64,000 nt of DNA from Alphaproteobacteria bacterium (GTDB lineage: Bacteria > Pseudomonadota > Alphaproteobacteria > GCA-2731375). The notes below the pieces were generated by a model. It was not told the DNA's origin. It ran no database searches and was given only the letters and a program-made list of their open reading frames with translations. The stretch covers positions 32,001 to 96,000 of the forward strand of contig CBDDBZ010000029.1 of assembly GCA_965225945.1 (NCBI GenBank), read 5' to 3'. Below are positions 42,515-53,491 of the stretch, piece by piece (position 1 is the first letter of the stretch; every line of letters begins with the position of its first letter). Position numbers and translations under genes: made by a program.

Positions 42515-43660
42515 CTACCAAAGCGTTTCGCTCGCCCGCCGCGCGCCCTCGACCAGGCTCGAAAGCTTGGCCCAGACGATGTCGGGGAAGACGTTCGGAT
42601 AGCCGGCGAAGGTCGCGAAGCCGCAATCAGTGCCGGCGATCACCCGCTCGCGCCCGACCACCTCGGCGAAGCGGCAAATGCGCTGCGCCACCAGCTCCGG
42701 GTGCTCGATGAAGTTGGAGGTGGAATCGACCACGCCGGGGATCAGCACCTTGTCGTCGGGCAGCGGATGGTCCTTGAAGACCGCCCATTCGTGCTCGTGG
42801 CGGGGATTGGCCCCCTCGATCGAGAGGGCCATCGGCCGGGCCCGATAAACGATGTCGATGATCTCGGCGAGCGGCACGTCGTGGTGATGCGGCCCCTCGT
42901 AGTTGCCCCAGCAGAGATGGAGGCGGAGCTTGTCGGCCGGCAGCCCCATGGTGGCGGCGTTCAGGACCTCGACATGGCGCTGGGCGACGGCGCGAAAGCC
43001 CGCGAGGTCGAGATCGCCATGCGCCAGATGGCGGCCCATGGCGAGGTCGGGGCAGTCGATCTGCAGCACCAAGCCGGCCTCGACGATCTCGCGATACTCC
43101 GCCGCCAGGACGCCTGCCAGCGCCTCCAGATAGGCGTCGTGGCTCGGATAGTGGCGGTTGTCGAGGAATATGGTGACGACGCCCGGCGAGGCGGCGTTGA
43201 GGAAGCCCTCGAGCGGCTCGTGGCGGGCCACGGCGGCGGTGAAGAGTTCGATATCGCGCTCTAGCGCCGCCGGGTCCGCCAGCGCCACCTCGGCGATGCA
43301 GCAGGGCCCGCTGGCGGACGGGATGGTGCCGCCGATCTTCACCAGATAGCGGGCGTAGTCGCGATACTCGCGAAGGTCCTGGGCGCCCTTCAGCCGGCCT
43401 TCGCCGCCGAACCCCGAATAGCGGTCCTTGACGTAGGTGGCATAGCTGATCTTGGCTGTCTCGCCGTCGCTCACCGCATCGATGCCGATCTCGACCTGCC
43501 GGCGCACCACCTGCTCGACGGCGGCGCTCACCTGGTCGGCGAAGGCCTCGTCGTCCACCGCTTCGCCGGCCTCGCGCGCCACCAGCAATTTTCTGAGCGC
43601 CTCCGGCCGGGGCAGGCTCCCGACGTGGGTGGTCAGAATGCGGTCTCGGCTGAGCTCCAT
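42515..43660 (-). CDS. Cobalamin-independent methionine synthase II family protein
   Basis: TTHVGSLPRP, HLCWGNYEGPH, GTDCGF. Confidence 0.9.
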   Translation of the reverse strand: MELSRDRILTTHVGSLPRPEALRKLLVAREAGEAVDDEAFADQVSAAVEQVVRRQVEIGIDAVSDGETAKISYATYVKDRYSGFGGEGRLKGAQDLREYRDYARYLVKIGGTIPSASGPCCIAEVALADPAALERDIELFTAAVARHEPLEGFLNAASPGVVTIFLDNRHYPSHDAYLEALAGVLAAEYREIVEAGLVLQIDCPDLAMGRHLAHGDLDLAGFRAVAQRHVEVLNAATMGLPADKLRLHLCWGNYEGPHHHDVPLAEIIDIVYRARPMALSIEGANPRHEHEWAVFKDHPLPDDKVLIPGVVDSTSNFIEHPELVAQRICRFAEVVGRERVIAGTDCGFATFAGYPNVFPDIVWAKLSSLVEGARRASETLW

Positions 43661-43854
43661 GCCATCCTCCCCAGGCGCCTCGGCGCCGGCATTCTAAGGC
43701 CAATCGCCTCGGTGCTCCTATAGTGCCGTACGACCCCGTGGAACCGCCGGCACGTCGCGAGGCACGGCGGACATGCGCCGTCGGTGCCGGCTCGATCAAT
43801 GCGGCGGTGGTCGGGAGAATATCGGTCGAGGTCGTCTTGTGCGATGCTGCGCTA

Positions 43855-44991
43855 GTGTACCGACTCTAACGCCTGTCGCCCACGAGCGACTTTTTCGAGT
43901 ATGGCGGTGGCGGAAGCGGTCCATACGAAGGGTTTTGGATCGGCATTGTGGTGCTCGAGGTATTCCTGAATGGCTGTTTCGAGTTCGGCGACGCTCCTGA
44001 ACACGCCGCAACGGATTTGATCGCTGGTGATCAGGCTGAAGAAGCGTTCGACCTGGCTGAGCCAGGAGGCGGATGTCGGAGTGAAGTGCATATGGAAGCG
44101 AGGATGTTTTGCCAACCACGCCTTGACCTTGGGATGCTTGTGGGTGGCGTAGTTGTCGGCGATCAGATGCAGGTCGAGCTTCTTGGGCGTCTCGGCGTCG
44201 ATACGGCGCAGGAATTTCAGCCATTCCTGATGGCGGTGCCGCTTCATGCAGTGGCCGATGACCTTGCCGGTGGCGACGTCGAGCGCGGCGAACAATGTCG
44301 TCGTGCCGTGGCGCTTGTAGTCATGCGTCATGGTGCCGGCTCGGCCCTTCTTGATCGGCAAGCCGGGCTGTGTGCGGTCGAGCGCCTGGATCTGGCTCTT
44401 CTCGTCGACCGAGAGAACCAGCGCCTTGTCCGGCGGATCGAGATAGAGACCGACGATATCGCGCACCTTCTCGACGAAGTGCTCGTCATTCGACAGCTTG
44501 AAGGTCTTCACCAGGTGCGGCTTGAGGCCGTGCGCCTTCCAGATCCGCTGCACGCTGGTGTAGCTGAGGCCGACGGCACGGGCCATCTTGCGGATGCTCC
44601 AATGCGTCGCCGCCTCCGGCGTCTCGTGCAAGGTCTTATGCACAACCCGCTCGATCACCTCGGCGCTCAGCGGCGGCTTGCGTCCCGGTCGCGTCGCATC
44701 GCGGCGCAGTCCGGCGATGCCTTTGGCAAGGTAGCGCTCCTGCCAGCGCCACACCGTCACCTTACTTTTGCCGACCAACCGGACGATCGTCATCGTGCCG
44801 ATCCCGTCAGCCGACAGCAACACTATCCGTGCCCGCCAAACCAGCTTCTGCGGCGTGTTCCGCCCAGAAACCAACCCTTCCAGCGTCGCCCGCTCCGCGG
44901 GAGACAGCCAGATGCATGCCAATGTCTTCGTCATTCCCCCAGAATCGCAGAACGCAAGCCCTTTGGGAAACTTTTGTTAGGATCGGAACAC
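43855..44991 (-). mobile_element. IS630-family element with intact single-ORF transposase (43852..44934)
   Basis: IRs GTGTACCGACTCTAAC / GTTAGGATCGGAACAC; TA duplication within CTAG (43853-54, 44992-93); SVDEKSQIQAL, DNYATHK, WLSQVERFF. Confidence 0.93.
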
Positions 44992-45300
44992 TAGGTCTAG
45001 GAGGACGACTTGGCGGAAAAAAAGATCGCGCGCAAGCTGACCACGATCCTCGCCGCCGATGTCGCGGGGTATACGCGCCTCATGCGCGCGGACGAAGAAG
45101 CGACGCTCGAGACCCTCGGCGAGTATCGCAATATATTTTACGATTTGATCGCCCGCCATGACGGCCGCGTCTTCAACACGGGCGGCGACAGCGTGCTGGC
45201 CGAGTTCGCCAGCGCGGTCGAGGCGGTGCGCTGCGCCAATTCATGTCAGGAAGAGATTTCAAGCCGCAACGCCGAGCTGGCGGACGACCGAAGATTGATG

Positions 45301-46160
45301 CTTCGCCTATCCGCCGTTAGCAGGGCACTTCCACACCCAGGGCTATATGTAGCGTGCCGCACCCATTTTCAGCTGAGCTGAAAGCTCGGTCCGCAGGCCG
45401 AAGCGGAGATATCTCGCGGCGAGAGGCCGAGCAGCCTTGGACTCGGACGGCATTGTAGCGCCTTTTAGGCGCGCCCTTTAGCAGGTGGTGTCCGAAATCC
45501 TAATCATTGAGCGGATTTGGCGAAAACGCCACGTTGCATAAAGGACCGTCACTTCATTGAAATTTATCTGAAATCGGAGGTCGCAACGCCGCCGATGGAA
45601 CCGTCTTCCTTCGCCAGCGAGGAAATCAGAGCTTCATGTGGTGCAAATTGTAGGATTCGAGTGCCGGATTATTCACAAATAGCTCTGTGAACTGGTTTTC
45701 AAGCCGCAGACCCCGCGCAATACGTCATATGAAGTAAACGGATTGAGGATCACGGGTTCCACACCAAGCTGTCGGCTTCGTCTTCGCCCTGCGACTCAAA
45801 ACGCGCAGGAGACTAACAGGCGCGGACGGCCTCGCGCTTCGCTACGATTCGTGCCAGCGCGCGCGCTTTCTTCGACCTGGTGCCGTCAATCGCCCAGACG
45901 ATGACGTTTCATCAGCAGCTTCCCGTCTGGCATACGTGGGTTGAGCCTTCGTTTTTCGCGCGCAAGGTCGCCACCGTTCCGTCCCCCGATGTTAAGTACG
46001 TGACGTGCGGACGAAAAGCCGGTTCGGCGAGTATCAGAACAATCAAGAATTCGCCCGCCATGATCGCCTCCTCAACGGGCGCCTGCGCCGGCCCTTCGCC
46101 TGCAGTCCAAGGAGACACACTACATATAGTGAAGTGTGGGTCAATAACCGGATAGGCAAG
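45301..46160 (-). mobile_element. Non-autonomous TIR cassette, copy 2 (inverted, indel-rich)
   Basis: Colinear reverse complement of 22168-22922 with many short insertions; DR GATTGATG at 45293-45300 and 46163-46170. Confidence 0.88.
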
Positions 46161-47230
46161 ACGATTGATGTTTCGCATCGGCGTCAATGTCGGCGACGTC
46201 ATGATCAAGGATGGCGATCTGTACGGCGACGGCGTCAATGTGGCGGCGCGGCTGGAAGGCCTGGCCGAGGCCGGCGGCGTCTACATCTCGGGCAGCGTGT
46301 TCGAGTAGGTCAAGCACAAGCTGTCGCTCGGCTTCGAAGACATGGGCGAGCAGAAAGTCAAGAACATTGCCGAGCCCGTCTCCGCCTACCGGCTGGTGCC
46401 GGTTCGGGTTTCAAAGTTGGCGGGGGCGACAGCAGTTACGAAGCTGAGCATCAAGAGACGTTGGCGAGGGTTGGCCATGGCCGCGGCGGCGGTGGTCGTC
46501 ATCGCCGCCGCTGGGCTAACGGTCTGGCGGCTGTGGGAGCCTGAGACAGAGCCGGCATCGGTCGAAAATATGGCTTTCCCCTTGCCGGACAAACCATCCA
46601 TCGCCGTGCTGCCCTTTACCAACATGTCCGACGACCCGGCGCAGGAATACTTTGTCGACGGCATAACCGAAGACTTGATCACGGATTTATCCAAGCTGTC
46701 CGGTTTGTTCGTCATCGCCCGGAATTCGACGTTAGTATACAAGGGCACAGCCGTGAAGGTGCGGCAGGTCGCCGAGGCGCTCGGCGTTCGCTACGTGTTG
46801 GAGGGGAGCGTACGGCGTGTCGGCGACCAGGTGCGAATTAACGCCCAACTCATCGACGCCGTGACCGGCGGGCATTTGTGGGCGGAGCGCTACGATGGGA
46901 CCTTGGCCAACGTCTTCGCGTTGCAGGACAAGGTCACCGAAAACATCGTTGCCGCATTGGCGCTGAAACTGACGGGCAGCGAACAAGCCGAGGTCGGTCG
47001 TATCGAGACCTCGAATGTCGACGCTCGTGAAGCCTTCCAGATCGGTTGGGAGCATTATCTCCGGCAAACTGTCGATGATATCGTCAAGGCAGTACCCTAT
47101 TTAGAGAAGGCGGTTCAATTCGACCCAAATTACGGCCGCGCCTATGGTGCCCTCGCTTTGGTCTATATGAACGGTTGCACATGGGGCTACAGCGAGCTGC
47201 TGGGAGTGGGTTGTGCGCAAGCACGCCTAA

Positions 47231-48400
47231 TACCAATTGGCCTTGAGGGAGACTCACTTTGAGGATTCCCATGGTGGATGATTTCTGACTCAATTCCGGT
47301 GATTCGGAGTTGAGGAGGTTCACCATGGGAGCGGCGATCGGGTTACGAGAGGATTTCGATGCGGCGGAGCTGCGTCGCTTGGCGAAGCTTTCCAAGGATG
47401 CCGGCCAGAGCCGCCGGCTCTTGGCTCTCGCGGTGATCTATGACGGTGGGCGGCGGACGGATGCGGCACGGACCGGCCACGTGGGGCTTCAGGTGATCCG
47501 AGATTGGGTGTTGCATTTCAACGCCGAGGGCCCGGACGGCTTGATCGATCGCAAGGCGCCCGGTGCGGTGGCGAAGCTCGACGATGCACAACGCCAGGCG
47601 CTGGGGGCACGCGTCGATGCGGGGCCGAACCCGGCGGTCGACGGCGTGGTGCGCTGGCGGCTGAAGGATCTGGCGGGCTGGATCCGGGATATGTTCGCGA
47701 TCTCGCTCGACGAGACCACGGTGAGCCGGGAATTGAAGGCGATGGGCTTCACGAAGATGACGGCGCGTCCGCGCCACCATGCCCAGGAGGAGGCGTCATC
47801 GAGGATTTTAAAAAAAATTCCCCGAGCTGGTGGCACAAGCCCGCCGGCGCCTGCCCGACGGCACCGAGATAGAAATCTGGTGGCAGGACGAAGCCCGTGT
47901 CGGCCAGAAGAACAAGATCACTCGGCGCTGGGCGCGGCGCGGAACCCGGCCCCGCGCACCGCATGACCAGCGCACCAAATCAGCCTATATCTTCGGCGCC
48001 ATCTGTCCCGAACGCGGCGTCGGCGCCGCCCTCGTGCTCCCCCACTGCGACACCCAGGCCATGCAGCTGCATCTGGAGGAGATCTCCTCCCGGGTAGGCG
48101 CGCGCGCGCATGCCCTCCTGCTCCTCGATCAGGCGGGTTGGCACACCACGGACAAGCTGAAGATCCCCGCCAACGTTACCCTCCTGCCCCTGCCACCACG
48201 CTCGCCGGAGCTCAATCCGACCGAAAACATCTGGCAGTTCATGCGCGACAACTGGCTGTCCAACTTGGTCTTCCAATCCGACGAGCAGATCATCACCTCC
48301 TGCTGCGAAGCCTGGAACAAGCTCATCGATCAACCATGGAACATCACGTCCATCGGGCGGCGTAAATGGGCGCATGAGTTCTGATTAATGCCGATTGGTA
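47231..48400 (+). mobile_element. IS630-family element (two-ORF transposase ~47325..48384)
   Basis: TACCAAT...ATTGGTA ends with TAA repeated on both sides (47228-30, 48401-03); slippery T4A8 run near 47806-47817; WWQDEARVG, DQAGWH, PELNPTENIW. Removal restores ARLRSIEYL of the cyclase. Confidence 0.92.
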
Positions 48401-49344
48401 TAAGGTCGATCGAGTATCTACGAAAAGCCGAGGAATTTCCGACGTCACTTGCAAACGTGGCCGCTTCGCGATTCTATCTGTGGAACAACAGGCACGATGA
48501 TGGTTTGGCTGCCGCCGCGCGTGCCCTCGCTCTCGGTCCGAACGATCCTGAAGTTCATCTGGCGATGGCCTGGGCTCTTATAACGACCGGCAGGCCGGAG
48601 GATGGCATTACCTCCATCGAAACGGCGATGCGCCTCGACCCGCGCTACCCGAGCCATTATTCGAAAGCGCTCGGCGTGGCGCATTTTGCCGCGGGCCGCT
48701 TGGAAGAGGCTGCGCGCGTGCTGGCGAACGCTCTCGAGCGCAATCCGTCGGCAATCGCATTGGCTCCGCCGCTGGCTGCGACCTACGCTCGCCTTGGTCG
48801 GAGAAAACAGGCTCGGGCAGCGCTAGACATATGGCTAGGCAAATGGGAGGCGGACGCGACTGCCGCGACACCGGGGAGAAAAATGATACTGTACAGCCTA
48901 CCCTTCAAGTGGGCCGCCGACCACAGGAGGTTCAGGGAGCAGTTTATCGACGGCGTGAACCTGGCGTTGCTACCTCAGGATCTCACGATTGAAGTTCTCG
49001 TGGCTTCGCTGAAGAACGAAAACGTCGCAGAGCGCCGGGACGCGGCGAGGAAAATCGGGCTGTTCGGTCCTTTGGCGAAGGATGCGGTGCCGGCCCTCAT
49101 AGAAGCATTGAAAGACGGGAGCCTCTTCGTTCGCAAAGATGCCGTTTGGACGCTGGGCAAGATCGGTCCGATGGCGAAGAGTGCGGTCCCGGCGCTCGAG
49201 AACGCATTGGAGGATCCAATCGTCCGGTCACGCGCGGAAGAGGCATTGAAGAGAATTACCGGCGAGTGACAGGACAATCCGAGAGCGAATCCGGCGCTAA
49301 TTCGATACGGGAGATCGCTGACCGGCGAGACCGGAGGAGATGGC

Positions 49345-49929
49345 ATGAAACCTCGAGGCGCGTGGCGACGGCGCCTCGCCGCCTTGGTGGTGGCGATCTT
49401 TTTCGCCGGTCCGGCGACGGCGGGAGACGCCGCCGGGCCGATGCGCCCGCCCGGCGCGCACGCCGACTATCCCCTGCCGCCGCCTTCCGACAAACGGCTG
49501 TTCTTCCTGCAGCGCTCCTCCAACGCCAACACCGTGGTCTACGATGCGCGCCTCGGCGTCGACGGTGGCCTCGATCCCGAGCGCCCGGTCGAGGTCTATT
49601 GGCTCCGCTACAACACCTCGGGCGAGCGGCGAGCGCTCAGTTTCCTGGAGCGGCATTTCGCCTACGGCGTTACCTCGCGGCCGGACCCGACATGGAAGGG
49701 GGTCTATCTCGCCCGCGTCGCGGCATTGGAGGGCCGGCGCTTCCGCGTTGCCCTGGACCAGACGGGCCGACCCCGGGCCGAACTCGACATCGCCGGGCGG
49801 CCGGCGCGGCTGCAATTGGTCTATGTTGCGCTTGACGGCAAGGGCGCCTTCGCGGAGGTTCGCCACGTCGATCTCCATGGCGAGGACCTCGGCTCCGGCG
49901 CCCCGGTGCACGAGCGAATCGTGCCCTGA
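49345..49929 (+). CDS. Exported DUF4833-like protein
   Basis: Signal peptide; LFFLQRSSNANTVVYD, PVEVYWLRY, FAYGV motifs (family recognised from memory). Confidence 0.7.
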   Translation: MKPRGAWRRRLAALVVAIFFAGPATAGDAAGPMRPPGAHADYPLPPPSDKRLFFLQRSSNANTVVYDARLGVDGGLDPERPVEVYWLRYNTSGERRALSFLERHFAYGVTSRPDPTWKGVYLARVAALEGRRFRVALDQTGRPRAELDIAGRPARLQLVYVALDGKGAFAEVRHVDLHGEDLGSGAPVHERIVP

Positions 49930-49967
49930 GGCGGAGGCCGGGCCCCGCCCGATGTCCGAGCGAAGCC

Positions 49968-50717
49968 ATGTCCAGCGCCCACCCGCCCCGCCTCGCCGAC
50001 ATCGTCGCCGCCTACAAGGCCTCGAAGTCGGCCGAGGAGTTACGCGGCGAATGGGGCGCGGTGCTGCTCTACCGGCCACTCTCCTTCGTGCTGACGCCGC
50101 CGCTGATCCGCCTCGGCCTCGGCGCCACCACGGTGACCGCGATCTCCTGCCTGCTGGCGCTGGCACTGCCGTTCGTGGCGCTCGGCCTCGGGCCGATCTG
50201 GCTGGCCGTCGCGGGTTTCGTCTTCTCGGTGCTCGACTGTGTCGACGGCAACATCGCGCGGGCCACCGGCACCACCAGCCGGCGCGGCCGATACGCCGAC
50301 TTCGTCACCGACGTGGTCTACCGGGCGGCGATGTATCTCTCGATCGGCCTGCTGCTGGCGCCGGGCGCGGTGGCGGGCTGGTGGCCCTTGGGCGGCGGGC
50401 CGGGCCTCGGGCTCGCGGCGGCGCTGCTGGCGCTGGCGGCACGGCTTTCCCGGGTCTATGTCGAGCACGCGATGGGGGCCGACAATCCCTACGAGGCCCC
50501 CCTCGAGGTCTCGCTCGAGGGGCCGGCGCCGGGACCGCTCGCCCGCCTCGCCGCTTTCGCCTTTCCCGTGCTCAGCGGCATCGATCCCCTGCTGCCGGTG
50601 CTGGTGCTGGCGGCCGGTCTCCTCGGCGGCCTCGAATGGGTGCTGATCTGGCTGCTCGCTTATTCCGCCCTGGACTTTTTCTATACCCAGGTCGAGATCC
50701 TGCGCGGCCTCGAGTGA
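49968..50717 (+). CDS. CDP-alcohol phosphatidyltransferase family protein
   Basis: Signature DCVDGNIARATGTTSRRGRYADFVTD. Confidence 0.9.
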   Translation: MSSAHPPRLADIVAAYKASKSAEELRGEWGAVLLYRPLSFVLTPPLIRLGLGATTVTAISCLLALALPFVALGLGPIWLAVAGFVFSVLDCVDGNIARATGTTSRRGRYADFVTDVVYRAAMYLSIGLLLAPGAVAGWWPLGGGPGLGLAAALLALAARLSRVYVEHAMGADNPYEAPLEVSLEGPAPGPLARLAAFAFPVLSGIDPLLPVLVLAAGLLGGLEWVLIWLLAYSALDFFYTQVEILRGLE

Positions 50718-50724
50718 GGGCGCG

Positions 50725-51861
50725 GTGAAGATCGCCATCGTCTGCCCCTACGACATCCACCGCCCGGGCGGCGTGCAGGCGCATATCCTCGACTGCGCCA
50801 CGCACATGAGCGGGCTCGGCCACGCGGTCCGGATCATCGCCCCAGGCCCGGCGCCAGAGGCAAGCGACGACGCGCGAATCCTCCATTTCGGCGCCTCCCG
50901 AGGCATCACCTTCAACGAGACCTATTTCGAGCTCTCGATCGCGCGAGGGGAGCAACTCGCAGCCCTCCGGCGCATGCTCGAGCGCGAAGCTTTCGACGTC
51001 CTGCACTTCCACACCATCTGGACGCCGCTCCTGAGCTTGCAGATCCTGCGCCTGTCCAAGACGGCGAACGTCGCCACCTTCCACGACACGCCCCCCGACA
51101 GCTTCAGCGGACGGATGACGAAGCAATTCTTCCGGCTCGCCAGCCACTATCTGATGCGCAAGCTCGATCGCGCGATCGCGGTCTCCGAATCGCCGGCGCG
51201 CCACCTCGTGCCGCTGCCGGGGCGGGAGCCGGTGATCCTGCCGCCTTGCATCGACTATTCCCCCTACCTGGCCGAGCCCGCCCCGATGCCCGGCTACGAC
51301 GACGACAAGGTGGTCTTGCTGTACCTCGGTCGGCTGGAGCAGCGGAAGGGCGTCTTCGTGCTGCTGGAGGCTTACCGGCGCCTGCTGCGCGACGGTGCTC
51401 ACGTCCGGCTGATCGTCGCCGGGGCGGGCGACGATCGCCCCCGGATCGAGGCCTTCGTCGAAACCCATGCGCTGCCCGACGTCGACCTGGTCGGCCGGGT
51501 CGGGGAAGAAGACAAGCCGCGCTGGTACGCCACGGCGGATATTTTCTGTTCCCCCGCCGTCGGCGGCGAGAGCTTCGGCATCGTGCTCGTGGAGGCGATG
51601 GCGAGCGGCAAGGCGGTGGTCGCGGCCCGCAATACCGGCTACGCGAGCGTGCTGACGGGCCCCGCCGCCGCCTTTCTCGCGGCACCGGGCGACGCCGGCG
51701 ATCTGCGCGACAAGCTCGCCCGCCTGATCGGCGATTCCGGGCGCCGGGCGGAGCTCGGCGTCTGGGGCCGCGAGGAGGCCATGCGCCACGACGTCACGGC
51801 GGTGGTGCCGGAGTTGCTCGCGATCTACGAGACGGCGATAAGAAAGCGCCTCAGCGGGTGA
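50725..51861 (+). CDS. GT4 glycosyltransferase, PimA-like
   Basis: MKIAIVCPYDIHRPGGVQAH, VATFH, GRLEQRKG, GESFGIVLVEAMA. Confidence 0.85.
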   Translation: MKIAIVCPYDIHRPGGVQAHILDCATHMSGLGHAVRIIAPGPAPEASDDARILHFGASRGITFNETYFELSIARGEQLAALRRMLEREAFDVLHFHTIWTPLLSLQILRLSKTANVATFHDTPPDSFSGRMTKQFFRLASHYLMRKLDRAIAVSESPARHLVPLPGREPVILPPCIDYSPYLAEPAPMPGYDDDKVVLLYLGRLEQRKGVFVLLEAYRRLLRDGAHVRLIVAGAGDDRPRIEAFVETHALPDVDLVGRVGEEDKPRWYATADIFCSPAVGGESFGIVLVEAMASGKAVVAARNTGYASVLTGPAAAFLAAPGDAGDLRDKLARLIGDSGRRAELGVWGREEAMRHDVTAVVPELLAIYETAIRKRLSG

Positions 51862-53488
51862 CGCCGGCCGTCGGGGGACGGCGGACCAGGGACCAGACGT
51901 TGGGCGCCTCGCCGATCGGCACCTCGATCAGGCTCGGACGATCGTCGGCCAGGTGGCTCGCGAGCGTCGCCTCGAAGGCTTCCGGCGATTCCGCCCGATC
52001 GGCGCGTAGGCCGAAGGCCCGCGCCAGCGCCACGAAATCCGGGTTGGTCAAGTCGACGGCGATGTGCCGGCCGCCATAGGTGTTGCGCTGGATGGTCTTG
52101 ACGTTGCCGTAGGCCTTGTTGTCGAAGACGACCGCGGTGACCGCTATGTCGTGGTGCACGGCGCTCGCCATCTCCTGCACCGTGAACATGAAGCCGCCGT
52201 CGCCACAGAGCGCCACGACCTTGCGCTCGGGCCGCGCCACCTTGGCGCCGAGCGCCGCCGGATAGGACCAGCCCAGCGTCGCCTGGAAGCCCGGCATGAA
52301 GAAGCTCCGGGGCTCATGCATCGCCATGGCGAAGCGGGCGAAGACGGTGAAGCGGGTGACGTCGGCGAAGACCAGGCCGTCCTCCGGCAAGGCGCGGCGC
52401 AGCGCGCCGGCGAGCCCCGCCAGGGGCTCCAGCTCGGCGAGCTTGGCCGCCATCTCCGTGCGCGCCGCCGCCGCCTCCGGCCAGATCTCCCGCGCCTCGG
52501 GGCGCATTTCGGCGAGCGCCTGGTCGAGCGCGCGGAGCCCCAGGTCGGCCGAGGTGACGATGGCCAGGCCGGCGCGCCTGGGCTTGGTGATCTGCACCGG
52601 ATCGATGTCGATCCGGATGGTCTCCACCTCGCCCTCGCGGCCCCAGGCGAGCGCGGCATTGGTGAAGCGGGTGGCGACGACGAGGGCGACGTCGCAATGC
52701 ATCCAGGCCTCCTGCCCGCTCATCATGGTGAAGGCGAGGGGGTGGCTGTCGGGCAAGCTGCCACGCGCGTTGGGGCTCATCACCACCGGCGCGCCCAGCC
52801 GCTCGGCGACGCCTGTGAGCGGTCCTTCCGCCTCGACGATGCCGCCGCCGACGAGGATCAAGGGCCGTTTCGCCGCCGCCAGGCGCACGGCGGCCTGGGC
52901 GATTGCTTCCGCGTCGGGCACGGGTGCTGGATGGGGTGTCAGCGGGGCCACCGGTTCCACCGGCGCCTTCTGGCCCAGAATGTCGGGCGCCATCTCGAAG
53001 ACCGCCGGCGACTTGCGGCCGGAATGCATGTGCTGGAACGCATCGGCCAGCAGCGCCGGCACCGCCGCGGGATGCTCGGCCCGTCGGGTCCACTCGATCA
53101 CCCCCCGCGTCACCGCCATCTGGTCCTTGAGCTCATGCGCGATGCCGTAGCCCTGGCCGATTTGATAGGAGGGGATCTGCCCGGTGAGGCAGAGCATCGG
53201 CAGGTTGGCCGAGGCGCCGGTGGCGAGCGCGGTCAGGCTATTGAGCAAGCCCGGCCCCGGGACCACGGCGAAGACCCCGGTTCGCCCGCTCGCCTGGGCA
53301 TAGCCCATGGCCATGAAGGCGGCGCCCTGCTCGTGGCGGGTGTGAATCACGCGGAGATTGTTGCGCCGCTCGTGGAAGGCGTCGAACAGATTGTCGAGCT
53401 GGATGCCCGGAATACCGAAGACGGTGTCGACCTCGTGGTCGAGCAGCGATCGGACCACGGCCTGGCCGCCTGTGATGGTGGGGGTCAT
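51851..53488 (-). CDS. Thiamine pyrophosphate-dependent enzyme (acetolactate synthase-like)
   Basis: FGIPG, RHEQGAAFMA, GDGGFMF...NKAYG. Confidence 0.9.
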   Translation of the reverse strand: MTPTITGGQAVVRSLLDHEVDTVFGIPGIQLDNLFDAFHERRNNLRVIHTRHEQGAAFMAMGYAQASGRTGVFAVVPGPGLLNSLTALATGASANLPMLCLTGQIPSYQIGQGYGIAHELKDQMAVTRGVIEWTRRAEHPAAVPALLADAFQHMHSGRKSPAVFEMAPDILGQKAPVEPVAPLTPHPAPVPDAEAIAQAAVRLAAAKRPLILVGGGIVEAEGPLTGVAERLGAPVVMSPNARGSLPDSHPLAFTMMSGQEAWMHCDVALVVATRFTNAALAWGREGEVETIRIDIDPVQITKPRRAGLAIVTSADLGLRALDQALAEMRPEAREIWPEAAAARTEMAAKLAELEPLAGLAGALRRALPEDGLVFADVTRFTVFARFAMAMHEPRSFFMPGFQATLGWSYPAALGAKVARPERKVVALCGDGGFMFTVQEMASAVHHDIAVTAVVFDNKAYGNVKTIQRNTYGGRHIAVDLTNPDFVALARAFGLRADRAESPEAFEATLASHLADDRPSLIEVPIGEAPNVWSLVRRPPTAGVTR

Positions 53489-53491
53489 GCT

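Larger units (their letters stand above)
45010..49269 (+). pseudogene. Class III adenylate/guanylate cyclase-TM-TolB-like-TPR-HEAT protein, disrupted by the TIR cassette, a nonsense codon and IS630
   Basis: ILAADVAGY, GGDSVLAEF, FRIGVNVGDV, GDGVNVAARLE, KPSIAVLPF, TPR and C-terminal HEAT repeats; TAG at 46306-46308. Confidence 0.9.
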
